64,000 nucleotides of DNA from an uncultured Thermoleophilia bacterium. Lineage in GTDB: Bacteria > Actinomycetota > Thermoleophilia > UBA2241. Numbering within the stretch: position 1 is the first letter of the stretch; each line of letters starts with the position of its first letter. The notes under the pieces were generated by a model, which saw only the letters and a list, made by a program, of their open reading frames with translations, did not search any database and was not told where the DNA came from. The stretch covers positions 32,001 through 96,000 of the forward strand of contig CAVPCT010000004.1 in the NCBI GenBank assembly GCA_963702475.1, written 5' to 3'. Both the position numbers and the translations under genes were made by a program. This document shows positions 1 to 12,032 of this stretch, piece by piece.

Positions 1-936
1 GCCGAACTGCCAGTCCGTGTCCGTGGTCCCGATGATCCAGTGCTCGCCCCAGGGCAGCACGAACAGCACGCTCTTCTCCGTGTGGAGGATGAGTGCGCAC
101 GACGAGTCGATGCGCGCCTTGGGGACGACGATGTGCACGCCTTTCGACGGCCGCACCCTGAGAGGGTCGGGAACGCCGGCGAGGCGCTCCATCTCCGTGG
201 TCCACACCCCCGTGGCGTTGATCACAGCGCGAGCAGTGACATCGAGTTCGTCGCCGCGCTCGAGGTCGCGTAAGCGCGCTCCGGCGATGCGCCCTTTCTC
301 CCGACGGAAGGAGACGACCTCCATCGCGGAGACGCAGGCCGCGCCGTGGCTGAAGGCGGTGCCCGCCAGGGTGACCGCGAAGCGCGCATCGTCCACTTGG
401 GCGTCGTAGTACTGGATGCCGCCGGTCAGCGCGTCGTAGCGCAGCGATGGCACGGCTCGCAGGCACCCGTCGTGCGACAGGTGCCGGTGCCGCGGCATGG
501 CGAGCCGCGCCCCGGCCAGGGCGTCGTAGAGCATGAGGCCGGCGCCCATGTAGGCGCGGTCGCGGAGACCGTGCTGCAGCGGCAACAGGAACGGCGTGGG
601 GTGGACGAGGTGGGGCGCGATGGTCTGGACCAGCAGCCGGCGCTCGTGCAACGCCTCGCGGACGAGGCCGAGGTCGAAGTGCTCGAGGTAGCGCAGACCG
701 CCGTGGATGAGCTTGCTCGACCTGCTCGAGGTGCCGGCGGCGAAGTCGCGCTTCTCCACGAGCGCTACGGAGAGGCCGCGGCTAGCCGCGTCGAGGGCCA
801 CCCCGCAGCCGGTGACTCCGCCCCCGATGACGAGCACGTCGAAGTACTCGGTGGCGAGTCGCTGCAGCTGACGCTTCCGCGTGTCGCGCGCCGCCGACCG
901 GCGGCTCACCTTGTAGCCGGGACCGATCACGGACAT
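1..936 (-). CDS. glpD: FAD-dependent glycerol-3-phosphate dehydrogenase/oxidase, N-terminal part (runs off the window start)
   Basis: Manual minus-strand translation from ATG 936 gives DVLVIGGGVTGCGVALDAASRGL, DFAAGTSSRSSKLIHGGLRYLE, YYDAQVDDAR and VINATGVW. Not in the ORF track because its stop lies outside the window. Confidence 0.9.
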   Translation of the reverse strand, partial: MSVIGPGYKVSRRSAARDTRKRQLQRLATEYFDVLVIGGGVTGCGVALDAASRGLSVALVEKRDFAAGTSSRSSKLIHGGLRYLEHFDLGLVREALHERRLLVQTIAPHLVHPTPFLLPLQHGLRDRAYMGAGLMLYDALAGARLAMPRHRHLSHDGCLRAVPSLRYDALTGGIQYYDAQVDDARFAVTLAGTAFSHGAACVSAMEVVSFRREKGRIAGARLRDLERGDELDVTARAVINATGVWTTEMERLAGVPDPLRVRPSKGVHIVVPKARIDSSCALILHTEKSVLFVLPWGEHWIIGTTDTDWQFG

Positions 937-956
937 GCGGACCCACCTCCCCGCTG

Positions 957-989
957 ACTGGTATGTACCATACTACTGGTATGTACCAT
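957..989. promoter_or_regulatory. Tandem pair of GntR/HutC (DasR/NagR-like) operators
   Basis: ACTGGTATGTACCAT occurs at 957-971 and 975-989. Its core TGGTA-TG-TACCA is palindromic. It lies between divergent genes next to a GntR-UTRA regulator. Confidence 0.75.
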
Positions 990-1119
990 GACCGCTGTGC
1001 GATACTGTTGTCAAGTTCCCGCGGAGCGGCCGGCGACCCAGGCGGGTCGCCGGTTCCCGCCTCGAGCATCGTCATCGCGGCACGCCTGGCATGCGGCACG
1101 CCGCGCCACAGGAGAATCC

Positions 1120-2478
1120 ATGAAGCACATCGTCGAGACCGCCCGGCAGACGCCGGTGCTCCTGGAGACGGAGGTCCTCGTCGTGGGCGGCGGGCCGGGC
1201 GGCCTGGCGGCCGCCGTCGCCGCCGCCCGCACCGGCGCCCGCACCACCCTGGTGGACCGCTACGGCTGCTTTGGCGGGGTCATCACCCAGGTGGGCGTCG
1301 ACAGCCTGGCCTGGTACCGGCACGAAGGCACCACCGACCTTGAGGGCATCGGCATCGAGTTCGAGCAGCGTGCCGCGGCTGCGGGCGGCACGATGCGCGA
1401 GTCCCAGTCGCTGAGCGAGGCCCTGGACCCGGAACTGTTCAAAGTGATCGCCGATACGCTCGTCGTTGAAGCCGGCGTGCAGCCACTGCTGCACTCGCTC
1501 GCCGTGGACGCCGTCGTGGAGGACGGTCTCGTCAGGGGGGTGATCACCGAAGGAAAGTCAGGACGGCACGCCATCGTGGCGGATCGCGTCGTGGACGCGA
1601 CCGGCGACGCCGACATCGCCTACCACGCCGGGGCGGCCTGTCGCGCCACGCCGGTCGGGGAGATGATGGGCGTCACCGTCATGTTCTCCTGCTCGGGCGT
1701 GGACAAGCAGCGTTTTCTGACACATGTTGCCGCCACCGGCCCGACCTACGGCGACTGGGGCGTGTGCTGGGAAGTCGAGACCACGGGCAAGGAGGACCAC
1801 CTCTTCAGCCCGTACCTTCAGGAGCCGTTCGAGCAGGCTCGTCGCGACGGCGTCATCCCGCCCGAGATCCGCAGCATCGGGGGCACGTGGGGCCGCATCA
1901 CCGACTCCGGCGAGGCGAGCTCCCTGAACATGGTGGTGATGCCGGGCTACGACTGCACCGACGTGCGTGACCTCACGCGCGCGGAGATGGAAGGCCGCCG
2001 GCAGGCGCTCTACGCCATCGAGGCGTTGCGACGCTACACGCCCGGCTTCGAGGACGCGCGTCTGCGCACGTTCGGCATGACGCTCGGCACGCGCGACTCG
2101 CGCAAGGTCGTCGGCCGCTACGAACTGACCGCGGCCGATGTGCGCGGCGAGGCTCGCTTCGAAGACACAGTCGGGATCTTCCCTGAGTTCCTCGACGGCT
2201 ACGGCGTCCTCGTCCTGCCCACCACTGGGCGCTACTTCCAGGTGCCCTACGGGATCCTCGTCCCGCAGGGCGTGGACAACCTTCTGGTCGCCGGGCGCTG
2301 CGTGGCCGGCGACCGGGTGTCACACGCCGCCACCCGGAACCAGATGTGCTGCGCCGTCACCGGCCAGGCCGCCGGAGCGGCCGCCGCCGTTTCGCTGCGG
2401 GACGGCCGCTCCACAGGCGAGGTCGACGTGCGTCACGTGCAGGCGGAGCTCAGAAGACAGGGCGTGAGGCTGCACTGA
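1120..2478 (+). CDS. FAD-dependent oxidoreductase (FAD_oxidored-type family)
   Basis: VLVVGGGPGGLAAA, VDATGDAD and NLLVAGRC motifs; AGGAGA RBS before ATG 1120. Confidence 0.85.
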   Translation: MKHIVETARQTPVLLETEVLVVGGGPGGLAAAVAAARTGARTTLVDRYGCFGGVITQVGVDSLAWYRHEGTTDLEGIGIEFEQRAAAAGGTMRESQSLSEALDPELFKVIADTLVVEAGVQPLLHSLAVDAVVEDGLVRGVITEGKSGRHAIVADRVVDATGDADIAYHAGAACRATPVGEMMGVTVMFSCSGVDKQRFLTHVAATGPTYGDWGVCWEVETTGKEDHLFSPYLQEPFEQARRDGVIPPEIRSIGGTWGRITDSGEASSLNMVVMPGYDCTDVRDLTRAEMEGRRQALYAIEALRRYTPGFEDARLRTFGMTLGTRDSRKVVGRYELTAADVRGEARFEDTVGIFPEFLDGYGVLVLPTTGRYFQVPYGILVPQGVDNLLVAGRCVAGDRVSHAATRNQMCCAVTGQAAGAAAAVSLRDGRSTGEVDVRHVQAELRRQGVRLH

Positions 2479-2507
2479 CCGACGCCTGCGCGACGCACGG
2501 CGGCGGC

Positions 2508-3266
2508 TCAGGCGCCGCTCGTACCCGGGCTGGCCACATCCTCGACGGGCGCCGTCACCGAGAACTCCGTACGGTCGCCTCGATACACGTCCCGCGCGAG
2601 TTCTACGATCGTTTCCGTATCGTCGAACACGGTGCGGGTGAGCACGATCGCAGGGCTCCCGAGCCCGGCGCCGAGGGCCTCCGCCTCGTAGCGGTCGAGC
2701 GCGACCGCCACGACCCTTGCGTCGGCCTTCGTGGGGTTCACGCCGTAGTGCGACCGCAGCAGCGCCCACAGGGAGCCGGTGAGGTCGTGCTCCAGCAGGT
2801 CGGGGAACCGCACCGCCGACAATTGGATGTTCTCGATGGCGATCGGTTCACCCATGGCCGTGCGCAGTCGCTGCACGACGTAGACGCGGGCGCCGGACGG
2901 GATGCGGAGCAGGTGGGCGGCAACGGGGTCCGGATCCAGCGCGGCGGCGGCCAGCACCTCGGTGCCCGGCTCCCGTGACGCGTCGGTCATGGACCGCGTG
3001 AAGCTGCCCACGCTGAACCTCAGGCGTGGCTCTGCCACGAAGGTGCCCCGACGGGGATTGCGGTAGAGATAGCCCTCCAGGGTGAGGATCTCGAGAGCGT
3101 GCCGTGCAGTCATGCGACTGACCTGGTAGCGCTCACTCAGGATGCGTTCGGACGGTACAGGGGCGTGGGCGTCCAGCTGACCTGCGGCGATCTGGTCGCG
3201 CAGGAGCGCTGCGAGCCAAAGATACAGGGGACTCGACCGCTCGGGCATGCGGCGCGTGCTCGCCAC
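2508..3266 (-). CDS. GntR family (HutC/UTRA) transcriptional regulator
   Basis: PSERILSERYQVSRMTARHAL winged HTH, GTFV, C-terminal UTRA with YRGDR. Confidence 0.9.
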   Translation of the reverse strand: MASTRRMPERSSPLYLWLAALLRDQIAAGQLDAHAPVPSERILSERYQVSRMTARHALEILTLEGYLYRNPRRGTFVAEPRLRFSVGSFTRSMTDASREPGTEVLAAAALDPDPVAAHLLRIPSGARVYVVQRLRTAMGEPIAIENIQLSAVRFPDLLEHDLTGSLWALLRSHYGVNPTKADARVVAVALDRYEAEALGAGLGSPAIVLTRTVFDDTETIVELARDVYRGDRTEFSVTAPVEDVASPGTSGA

Positions 3267-3337
3267 CTCGACTTCCTCCGTGTCTGGAGACCGGACCCGC
3301 CCGGAGGTCAGCGCGCTGGCCGACGACCCGGGCAGTC

Positions 3338-3352
3338 AGTAGCCTAGACCAT
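3338..3352. promoter_or_regulatory. Possible dre-like GntR operator upstream of the GntR gene (autoregulation)
   Basis: AGTAGCCTAGACCAT resembles the sites at 957/975 and the HutC-family GGTCTAGACC core. Confidence 0.45.
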
Positions 3353-3482
3353 CTGAGACGACCCGTCGCCCCGGCGCCCGACCCCGGAGAGGCCGTCGCC
3401 GGACTCCTCGTCGGCGGACCTGCAGGACCACGGTCGCCGGCCGTGCGCCGCCGGGAGGCCGGGCACTCCAGTACCGCGGCGT

Positions 3483-3545
3483 TTGACAGCCGGTCCGGAG
3501 ATGCTATGGTGCGTCCAACGACTGGTGGCCACCAATCGGATGGTG
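3483..3545 (+). promoter_or_regulatory. Sigma70-type promoter of the prpE-mttB operon plus TetR-type operator
   Basis: TTGACA (3483-3488), 16-nt spacer ending TGC, TATGGT (3505-3510); palindrome CACCAATCGGATGGTG at 3530-3545. Confidence 0.7.
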
Positions 3546-3603
3546 GCAGAAGTCATGACGCGTTCCCCGTCGCACGTGCGCCCCGGAACAGAAGGAGTGG
3601 AGC

Positions 3604-5520
3604 GTGGAGGGACCATACGAGGCCGCGTACCGTGCGTCGATCCAGCGGCCTGACGAGTTCTGGGGCGCGGCAGCCGAGGCCGTCGAGTGGGCGAGCCGCT
3701 GGGACGCCGTCCTCGACCGCTCGGCGTCGCCCGCGCCACGCTGGTTCACCGGAGGAACGCTGAACACCTGTCACAACGCCCTGGATCGCCACGTTGCTGC
3801 CGGCCGCGGCGACACCCTCGCCGTCATCTTCGACAGTCCCGTCACCGGCACGACGACGCAGCTGACGTACCGGGAGCTGCTGGAGCGGGTCTCCCGGTTC
3901 GCCGGTGGCCTGCGTCGGTTGGGCGTGGAGCGGGGCGACCGGGTCGTCATCTACATGCCCATGGTCCCGGAGACGCTCATCGCGATGCTGGCCTGCGCAC
4001 GCATCGGCGCGGTCCACTCCGTCGTGTTCGGAGGGTTCGCGGCCGAGGAGCTCGCGGTCCGCATCGACGACGCCAAGCCGAAGCTCCTGGTCTGGGCCTC
4101 GTGCGGCATCGAGCCCGGCAGGATCGTCGCCTACGGTCCCCTGGTCGAAGGGGCGCTCGAACTGGCCCGCTGGCCGGTGGCATCGACCGTGGTCCTGCAG
4201 CGGGAGCAGCTCGAGGCCGGCGTCTCCGCCGCGCGCGACCACGACTGGCTCGAGCTCGAGCGGTCCTCCGAGCCGGCCGGCTGCGTGGAGGTGGAAGCCA
4301 CGGACCCGCTCTACATCCTCTACACCTCCGGGACCACGGGCAAGCCCAAGGGTGTGGTCCGGGACAGCGGCGGTCACGCCGTGGCTCTGCTGTGGTCGAT
4401 GAAGAACCTGTACGGGGTGGGCCCCGGCGACGTCTTCTGGGCGGCCTCCGACATGGGCTGGGTGGTCGGCCACTCCTACATCGTCTACGGGCCGCTGCTG
4501 GCGGGTGCCACGACGGTCATCTACGAGGGCAAGCCCGTGGGGACGCCGGACGCCGGAGCGTTCTGGCGCGTCGCCGAACAGCACCGCGTCAAGGTCCTCT
4601 TCACGGCGCCCACGGCCATCCGCGCGATCCGCCGGGACGACCCCGAGGGAGGCCTCGTCGGCGCCTACGACCTCAGCTCGCTCGAGGCGCTCTTCCTCGC
4701 CGGCGAACGCCTCGACCCGGACACGTACCACTGGGCGACCGACGTTCTCGGGATCCCGGTCATCGACCACTGGTGGCAGACCGAGACGGGCTGGGCGATC
4801 TGCGCGGACTGCCGCGGGCTGGAGGACCTGCCCCTCAAGCCGGGGTCCCCGACCAGGCCTGTCCCGGGCTTCGACCTCGCCGTGCTGGACGCACACGGCC
4901 ACGCCCTGGAGCCTCCGGCCGAGGGCGTGCTCGCCCTGCGGCTGCCTCTGCCGCCGGGCACGCTCCCGACGCTCTGGCAGAACGACGAGGGGTTCTTCAA
5001 CACCTATCTCGCGCCGTACCCGGGCTACTACTTCACCGGCGACAACGGCAGCGTCGACGAGGACGGCTACGTCTTCGTCATGGGGCGCGTGGACGACATC
5101 ATCAACGTCGCCGGGCACCGCCTGTCCACCGGCCGCATGGAGGAGGTGCTGGCCCAGCACGAGGACGTCGCCGAGTGCGCTGTGATCGGCGCGGCGGACG
5201 ACCTCAAGGGGCAGGTCCCGCTCGGGCTGGTGGTGCTCAAGGCCGGCGCCGACAGGGACCCGGACGAGGTCGGCGCCGAGCTGGTGCGCATGGTCAGGGA
5301 GCACGTCGGCCCGGTGGCGGCGTTCAAGCGCGCCGTTGTTGTGCGGCGCCTGCCCAAGACGCGTTCGGGCAAGATCCTCCGAGGCACGATCCGCAAGATC
5401 GCCGACGGCGCCGAGTTCAGCGTCCCCGCGACCATCGAGGACCCGACAGTCATTCCCGAGCTGATGGAGGTCATGGCGACTCCGCCCGGCACGGGGAGGA
5501 AGGCGGTGAGCGACCGCTGA
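3604..5520 (+). CDS. prpE: Propionate/acetate--CoA ligase
   Basis: YILYTSGTTGKPKG, DHWWQTE, GRVDDIINVAGHRLS and LPKTRSGKILR motifs. Confidence 0.85.
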   Translation: MEGPYEAAYRASIQRPDEFWGAAAEAVEWASRWDAVLDRSASPAPRWFTGGTLNTCHNALDRHVAAGRGDTLAVIFDSPVTGTTTQLTYRELLERVSRFAGGLRRLGVERGDRVVIYMPMVPETLIAMLACARIGAVHSVVFGGFAAEELAVRIDDAKPKLLVWASCGIEPGRIVAYGPLVEGALELARWPVASTVVLQREQLEAGVSAARDHDWLELERSSEPAGCVEVEATDPLYILYTSGTTGKPKGVVRDSGGHAVALLWSMKNLYGVGPGDVFWAASDMGWVVGHSYIVYGPLLAGATTVIYEGKPVGTPDAGAFWRVAEQHRVKVLFTAPTAIRAIRRDDPEGGLVGAYDLSSLEALFLAGERLDPDTYHWATDVLGIPVIDHWWQTETGWAICADCRGLEDLPLKPGSPTRPVPGFDLAVLDAHGHALEPPAEGVLALRLPLPPGTLPTLWQNDEGFFNTYLAPYPGYYFTGDNGSVDEDGYVFVMGRVDDIINVAGHRLSTGRMEEVLAQHEDVAECAVIGAADDLKGQVPLGLVVLKAGADRDPDEVGAELVRMVREHVGPVAAFKRAVVVRRLPKTRSGKILRGTIRKIADGAEFSVPATIEDPTVIPELMEVMATPPGTGRKAVSDR

Positions 5521-5630
5521 CGAGAGACGACGCGGCCGTTGCGACGCCCCCACCCGGGGCGATCGTCGCGGCCGGGACCTGACGGTGACCGACGGGCTCC
5601 CCCTCCGGGCGAGCCCGAGGAGGTGATGAG

Positions 5631-7130
5631 ATGAGACGGAACCTGCAGGCGGGCCACCGCCGCAGCGGAGGCCTGCACCTGGAGGTGTTCACGCCGGACG
5701 AGCTCACCGACATCCACATGGCGACACTGGATGTCTTCGAACGCACCGGCGTGTACGTCGGCAGCGCCGAGGCCCAGGAGCTCTTCCACGGCGCCGGCTG
5801 CAGGGTCGAGGCCGACGGCATCGTCAAGATCCCCGGGCACGTGGTCGAGGACGCGATCCGCTCGACGCCCTCGCGCCTCGCCATGTACGGCCGCGACCCC
5901 AAGCACGACATCGTCCTCGAGGACGGCCGCGTCGGTTTCACCAACTTCGGCGAGGGCATCAACGTCATCGACCCCTACACCGGCGAGTTGCGACAGACGA
6001 CGAAGAAGGACGTGGGCGACTGCTCGCGCATCATCGACGCCCTGCCCGAGATCGACGTCATCGAGCGGCCGCTGGGCGCACATGACGTGCCCGAGGACGC
6101 GGGGCCCCTGCACAACGCCGAGGCCATCTTCACCAACTGCTCCAAGCCGGCCTTCATCGGGCCGCTCACCGGCCACCTCGCACGGCACATGCGCAAGATG
6201 GCGGCCGCCATCGTCGGCGGCGCGGAGCGGCTGCGCGAGCATCCGTACCTCTCGTACGTCATCTGCCCCGTGGCGCCCCTGCGCCTCATCGAGGACGTCT
6301 GCGACATCGTCATCGAGGGCGCCCGCAACCGTGTGCCGGTCACGCCGGTCTCCATCGTCATGGCCGGCGGGTCGGCGCCGATGAGCTTGGCCGGCGCCGT
6401 GGTCACCACCAACGTCGAGATCCTGGGGTGTCTCACGCTCGGCCAGCTGGCGAGCAAGGGCGCGCCCTTCGTCTTCGGCAGCTCGTCGTCGTCGATGGAC
6501 CTCCGCTTCGCCTCCGCCTCCGTGGGCTCCCCCGAGTGCGCCCTCATCAACTCCGCCGTGGCCTGTCTGGCGCGCTACTACCTGCTGCCCAGCTGGGTCG
6601 CCGGGCAGTAGGGCGACTCCAAGCTGGTCGACGCCCAGTCCGGCCACGAGAAGACCCTCACCGGGCTCCTCCCAGCGTTGGCAGGTGCCAACCTGATCTA
6701 CGGGGCCGGGATGCTGGAGTCGGGCATGACCATCGACTACGCGCAGCTCGTCATGGACAACGAGTTCGCGCGCCTCATCAAGTTCTGCGTGAACGGCGTC
6801 CCCGTGAACGACGAGACCCTCTCGGTCGACGTGATCCACGACGTCGGCCCCTTCAGCGACTTCCTCGCCCACGAGGACACCTACCGCCACATGCGCGAGC
6901 AGAGCCAGCCGCGGCTCATCGACCGCCGCGTCCGCGAGGAGTGGACGGCAGCCGGTTCGACGAGCCTCTACGAGCGGGCCCGCGCCGAGGCGATGCGCAT
7001 CCTCGAGAGCCACGAGCCCACGCCCCTGCCCGAGGGTGCGGCCGCCGAGATGGCGGCCATCGTCGCCGAGGCGGAGCGGGAGCTGGGGGTCGAGGCAAGG
7101 CGACCGAAGGTGGCGGTCGTGCAGGCGTGA
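5631..7130 (+). CDS. mttB: Pyrrolysine-containing trimethylamine methyltransferase (MttB) family protein, copy A; in-frame TAG at 6609-6611
   Basis: The 326-aa ORF ends LPSWVAGQ-TAG and continues in frame GDSKLVDAQSGHEKT...GAGMLESGMTIDYAQL to TGA 7130, giving a full-length 499-aa MttB. Confidence 0.92.
6498..7090 (+). repeat. 593-bp segment identical to 19589-20181 in inverted orientation (3' part of the Pyl-mttB copies)
   Basis: Endpoints were compared by eye, and the alternative-frame translations in the ORF track are identical for both copies. Confidence 0.85.
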
Positions 7131-7205
7131 ATCCGATGCGATCATCGACGGCGTGGCCACACAGAAGAGGCGCCACGCCGCAGCCGAGCTGACGAAAGGG
7201 CACAC

Positions 7206-8562
7206 ATGCAGAACACGACGAGCGACACCACCCGGGGACAGCGGATCCGCGACCTCGACCACGAGCACGTGATCCACTCGTGGTCGGTGCAATCGAAGAT
7301 CAGCCCGCTGCCGGTCGCGCGCGCCGAAGGCCGCTACTTCTGGGACTACGACGGCAAGCGCTACCTCGACTTCTCGTCGCAGCTGGTCAACGTCAACATC
7401 GGCCACCAGCACCCCAAGCTGGTCGAGGCGATCGTCGAGCAGGCGCGCACGCTCTGTACGATCGCTCCCTCGGTCGCCAACGACAAGCGCTCCGAGCTCG
7501 CCCGCCTGCTCGCCGAGATCACGCCGGGCGACCTGTGCGCGGCCTTCTTCACCAACGGCGGCGCCGAGGCCAACGAGAACGCCATCAAGCTGGCGACGGT
7601 GGTACACGGGCCGCCCGAAGATCGTCGCCCGCTACCGCTCGTACCACGGGGCGACCGCCGGCGCCGTCGCGCTCACCGGCGACCCCCGGCGCTGGCCGGC
7701 GGAACCGGGCGTCCCCGGCGTGGTGCGCATGTTCGACCCGTACACGTACAGGTGCTCTGCCGGCCACCCCGACCCGTGCCCGGTGTGCTCGGGCGGCCCC
7801 CACCTGGAGGAGATCCTGCAGTACGAAGGGCCGCAGACGGTCGCCGCCGTCATCCTGGAGACGGTCACGGGCACGAACGGCATCATCGTGCCACCCGACG
7901 GCTACCTTCAGTCGATCCGCGAGGTCTGCGACCGCTACGGCGTGCTGCTCATCTGCGACGAGGTCATGGCCGGGTTCGGGCGTACCGGCAGATGGTTCGC
8001 CTGCGAGCACTGGGGTGTGACTCCCGACATCATGACGGTCGCGAAGGGCATCAACTCGGGGTACGTGCCGCTGGGCGCCATGATCGTGCGCGAGCCCATC
8101 AGGAGGTGGCTCGAAGACAGGTACTTCGCCGGCGGCCTCACCTACAGTGGTCACCCCCTCGCTTGCGCTTCCGGCGTCGCCTCGATCAACATCTTCCGGG
8201 AGGAGAAGATCGTCGAGAACGCCGCCGCCATGGGCGAGCTGGTGGGCACGCGCGTCGCCGTGATGCAGGAGCGGCACCCGTCGATCGGAGAGACGCGCGG
8301 CCTCGGCCTCTTCTGGGGTCTCGAGCTGGTGCGCGACCGCGAGACCCGCGAGCCGCTCGTCCCGTTCAACGCAGGCGGGGAGGCCGCGGCCCCCATGACG
8401 CGGCTCGTCAAGGAGGCCGCGGCCCGCGGCCTGCTCCTCATGACCCACTTCAACGTGGCGATGATCTGCCCGCCGCTGACCATCACCCGCGAGGAGCTCG
8501 AGGAAGGGCTCGCGATCCTCGACGAGATCCTCTGTCTCGCCGACGAGGAGGCCGGCGGCTGA
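7206..8562 (+). CDS. Class III PLP aminotransferase (omega-amino acid/beta-alanine/taurine type); apparent frameshift near 7596
   Basis: YLDFSSQLVNVNIGH and GGAEANENAIK, then in a second frame ICDEVMAGFGRTG, DIMTVAKG and GLTYSGHP. Removing one base restores KLARWYTGRPKI. Confidence 0.85.
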
Positions 8563-8624
8563 GGGCGGCAACCACGCCCAGCGCACCGGCCAGGCAGCTT
8601 ACCCACCCAGACGAAAGGACAGAC

Positions 8625-10125
<1,501 letters not shown>

Positions 10126-10167
10126 CGAGCGCCCCGCCGATGCCACACGAGCGCTGGAGGAGAGGAC

Positions 10168-10524
10168 ATGGAGAGAGCCGCGGCACTGGTCAAGTCCGGG
10201 GACATCGCCCCCATCGTGCCCGCCAAGCACGTCAACACCGACACGTGGGTGCTGGTCAAGCCGGCGACGACCGGCAACACGCAGTGCGAGTTCTACGTGA
10301 CCGAGATGAAGCAGGGCGGTGGAGCCGACTGGGACGAGCATCCGGGATGTGAGCACATCTACTACGTCCTGTCCGGGCGCGCCCACATGTGCGTCGAGGA
10401 CGAGGAGTTCGACCTCGAGCCGGGCGACTGCCTGCTCATGCGGGAGGGCGCGCGCCACAAGGTCGACGTGACGGGCAGCGAGACCTTCCGCATCGCGGTC
10501 GTCTTCGCCCCGGGACGCGTGTGA
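10168..10524 (+). CDS. Cupin domain protein
   Basis: EHPGCEHIYYVLSG...LEPGD...H cupin motifs; GGAGGAGAGG RBS. Confidence 0.8.
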   Translation: MERAAALVKSGDIAPIVPAKHVNTDTWVLVKPATTGNTQCEFYVTEMKQGGGADWDEHPGCEHIYYVLSGRAHMCVEDEEFDLEPGDCLLMREGARHKVDVTGSETFRIAVVFAPGRV

Positions 10525-11951
10525 TGGCGAGCGGCAGCCGGCCGCGCTTCGAGCTCCTCAGCGCTGCCGAGATCGAGCGCATCCACGCCGCGGCGCTGGA
10601 CGTCCTCGAGTCCACCGGGGTGTTCGTAGAATCCCCCGACGCGCTGGAGATCTTCGCCGCTGCCGGCTGCCGCATCGAGACCGCCCGGAGGATCGCGCAC
10701 CTCCCCCCCGCCGTCGTGGAGGCGGCCGTCCGCGAGGCTCCCGGCCGTGTGGTCGCACACGGTCGGGAGCGCGGACGCGACGTCGCCTTCGAAGAGTTCG
10801 GCGTGACGTTCACCTCGTTCGGCGAGGGCATCTACGTGGTCGACCCGTTCACGGGCGAACGGCGGGAGTCCTCCAAGGCCGACGTGGGTACGGCAGCGCT
10901 AGCGGTGGACGCGATCGACGACATCGCCATCTGCGAGCGAACGCTGGGCGCCCGGGACGTGCCCCAGCACGTGGCCGCCCTCCACAACGCCGACGCGATC
11001 CTCCGGAACACCACAAAGCACGTCTTCCTCGGCGCCCAGAACGGGTTCGTAGCCGAACGTATCGTGGCACTCCAGCGCGCCATCCTCGGCTCCCCTCAGG
11101 CCGTGCGCGAGCGTTCGCTGGTCACCTTCACGGCCTGCCCTGTGAGCCCTCTCAAGCTGGTCGCCGACTGCTGTGAGGTCATCATGACCGGCGCCCGCCA
11201 CGGCGTGCCGCTGAACATCGTGTCCATGGCGATGGCGGGCGCATCCGCGCCGGTCACCCTGGCCGGGACCCTCGTCACCCACAACGCCGAGGTCCTGGCC
11301 GGCATCACCCTGGCCCAGCTCGCGGCGCCGGGGACGCCGGTGGTGTACGGCAGCGCCTCTACGAGCATCGACCTGCGTCTGGGGTCCGCCGCCGTCGGCT
11401 CTCCCGAGCTGGGCCTGATCAACGCCGCCATCGCGCAACTCGCGCGGCGCTACGGGCTGCCGAGCTTCGTCGCCGGTGGTCTCGGCGACGGCAAGGTCTC
11501 GGACGCCCAGGCGGGTCACGAGAAGACGCTCACGGCGCTGCTCACGGCGCTGTCGGGCGCCAACATCATCTTCGGCCTCGGCATGATCGAGTCGGGGCTC
11601 ACCTTCGACTACGCCCAACTCGTGATGGACGCCGAGTTCGCACGCATGATCGCGCTGTGCCTCGGCGGCGTGCGGGTCGACGACGAGTCCCTGGCCGTCG
11701 CCGACATCCGCGCCGTGGGCCCGTTCGGCGACTTCCTGAGTCTCGACGCCACGCTGCGTCACATGCGTGAGCAGAGCCAGGCCCGCGTCATGGACCGGCG
11801 GGTGCGGGACGAGTGGCTGGCTCAGGGCGGGACGGACATCTACGCGCGCGCCACGCTGGAGGCGCGCCGCATCCTGCGCGACCACCGCCCTCACCCGCTG
11901 CCCGACGACGTGCAGGCGGAGATGACGCGCATCGTGGCCGAAGCGACGTAG
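10524..11951 (+). CDS. MttB-family methyltransferase without pyrrolysine (Leu at the Pyl site)
   Basis: LPSFVAGG-L-GDGKVSDAQAGHEKT aligns with SWVAGQ-TAG-GDSKLVDAQSGHEKT; its ATG overlaps the cupin TGA. Confidence 0.9.
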   Translation: MASGSRPRFELLSAAEIERIHAAALDVLESTGVFVESPDALEIFAAAGCRIETARRIAHLPPAVVEAAVREAPGRVVAHGRERGRDVAFEEFGVTFTSFGEGIYVVDPFTGERRESSKADVGTAALAVDAIDDIAICERTLGARDVPQHVAALHNADAILRNTTKHVFLGAQNGFVAERIVALQRAILGSPQAVRERSLVTFTACPVSPLKLVADCCEVIMTGARHGVPLNIVSMAMAGASAPVTLAGTLVTHNAEVLAGITLAQLAAPGTPVVYGSASTSIDLRLGSAAVGSPELGLINAAIAQLARRYGLPSFVAGGLGDGKVSDAQAGHEKTLTALLTALSGANIIFGLGMIESGLTFDYAQLVMDAEFARMIALCLGGVRVDDESLAVADIRAVGPFGDFLSLDATLRHMREQSQARVMDRRVRDEWLAQGGTDIYARATLEARRILRDHRPHPLPDDVQAEMTRIVAEAT

Positions 11952-12032
11952 CGCAGCGATGACCGAGCAGAGCGGGACGCAAGCGCCGTCAGGCGACGGC
12001 TCGCCGGTCTCCTGAGCGAAGGGCGCGAGACG

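Noticed and set aside
6612-6680. PYLIS-like hairpin after the amber codon
   Set aside because: Only weak GC pairing, not clearly conserved in copy C; the similarity is explained by protein conservation.
5631-7130. Reading the TAG-split mttB genes as pseudogenes
   Set aside because: The same codon is affected in three paralogs at the known Pyl site, with intact downstream frames.
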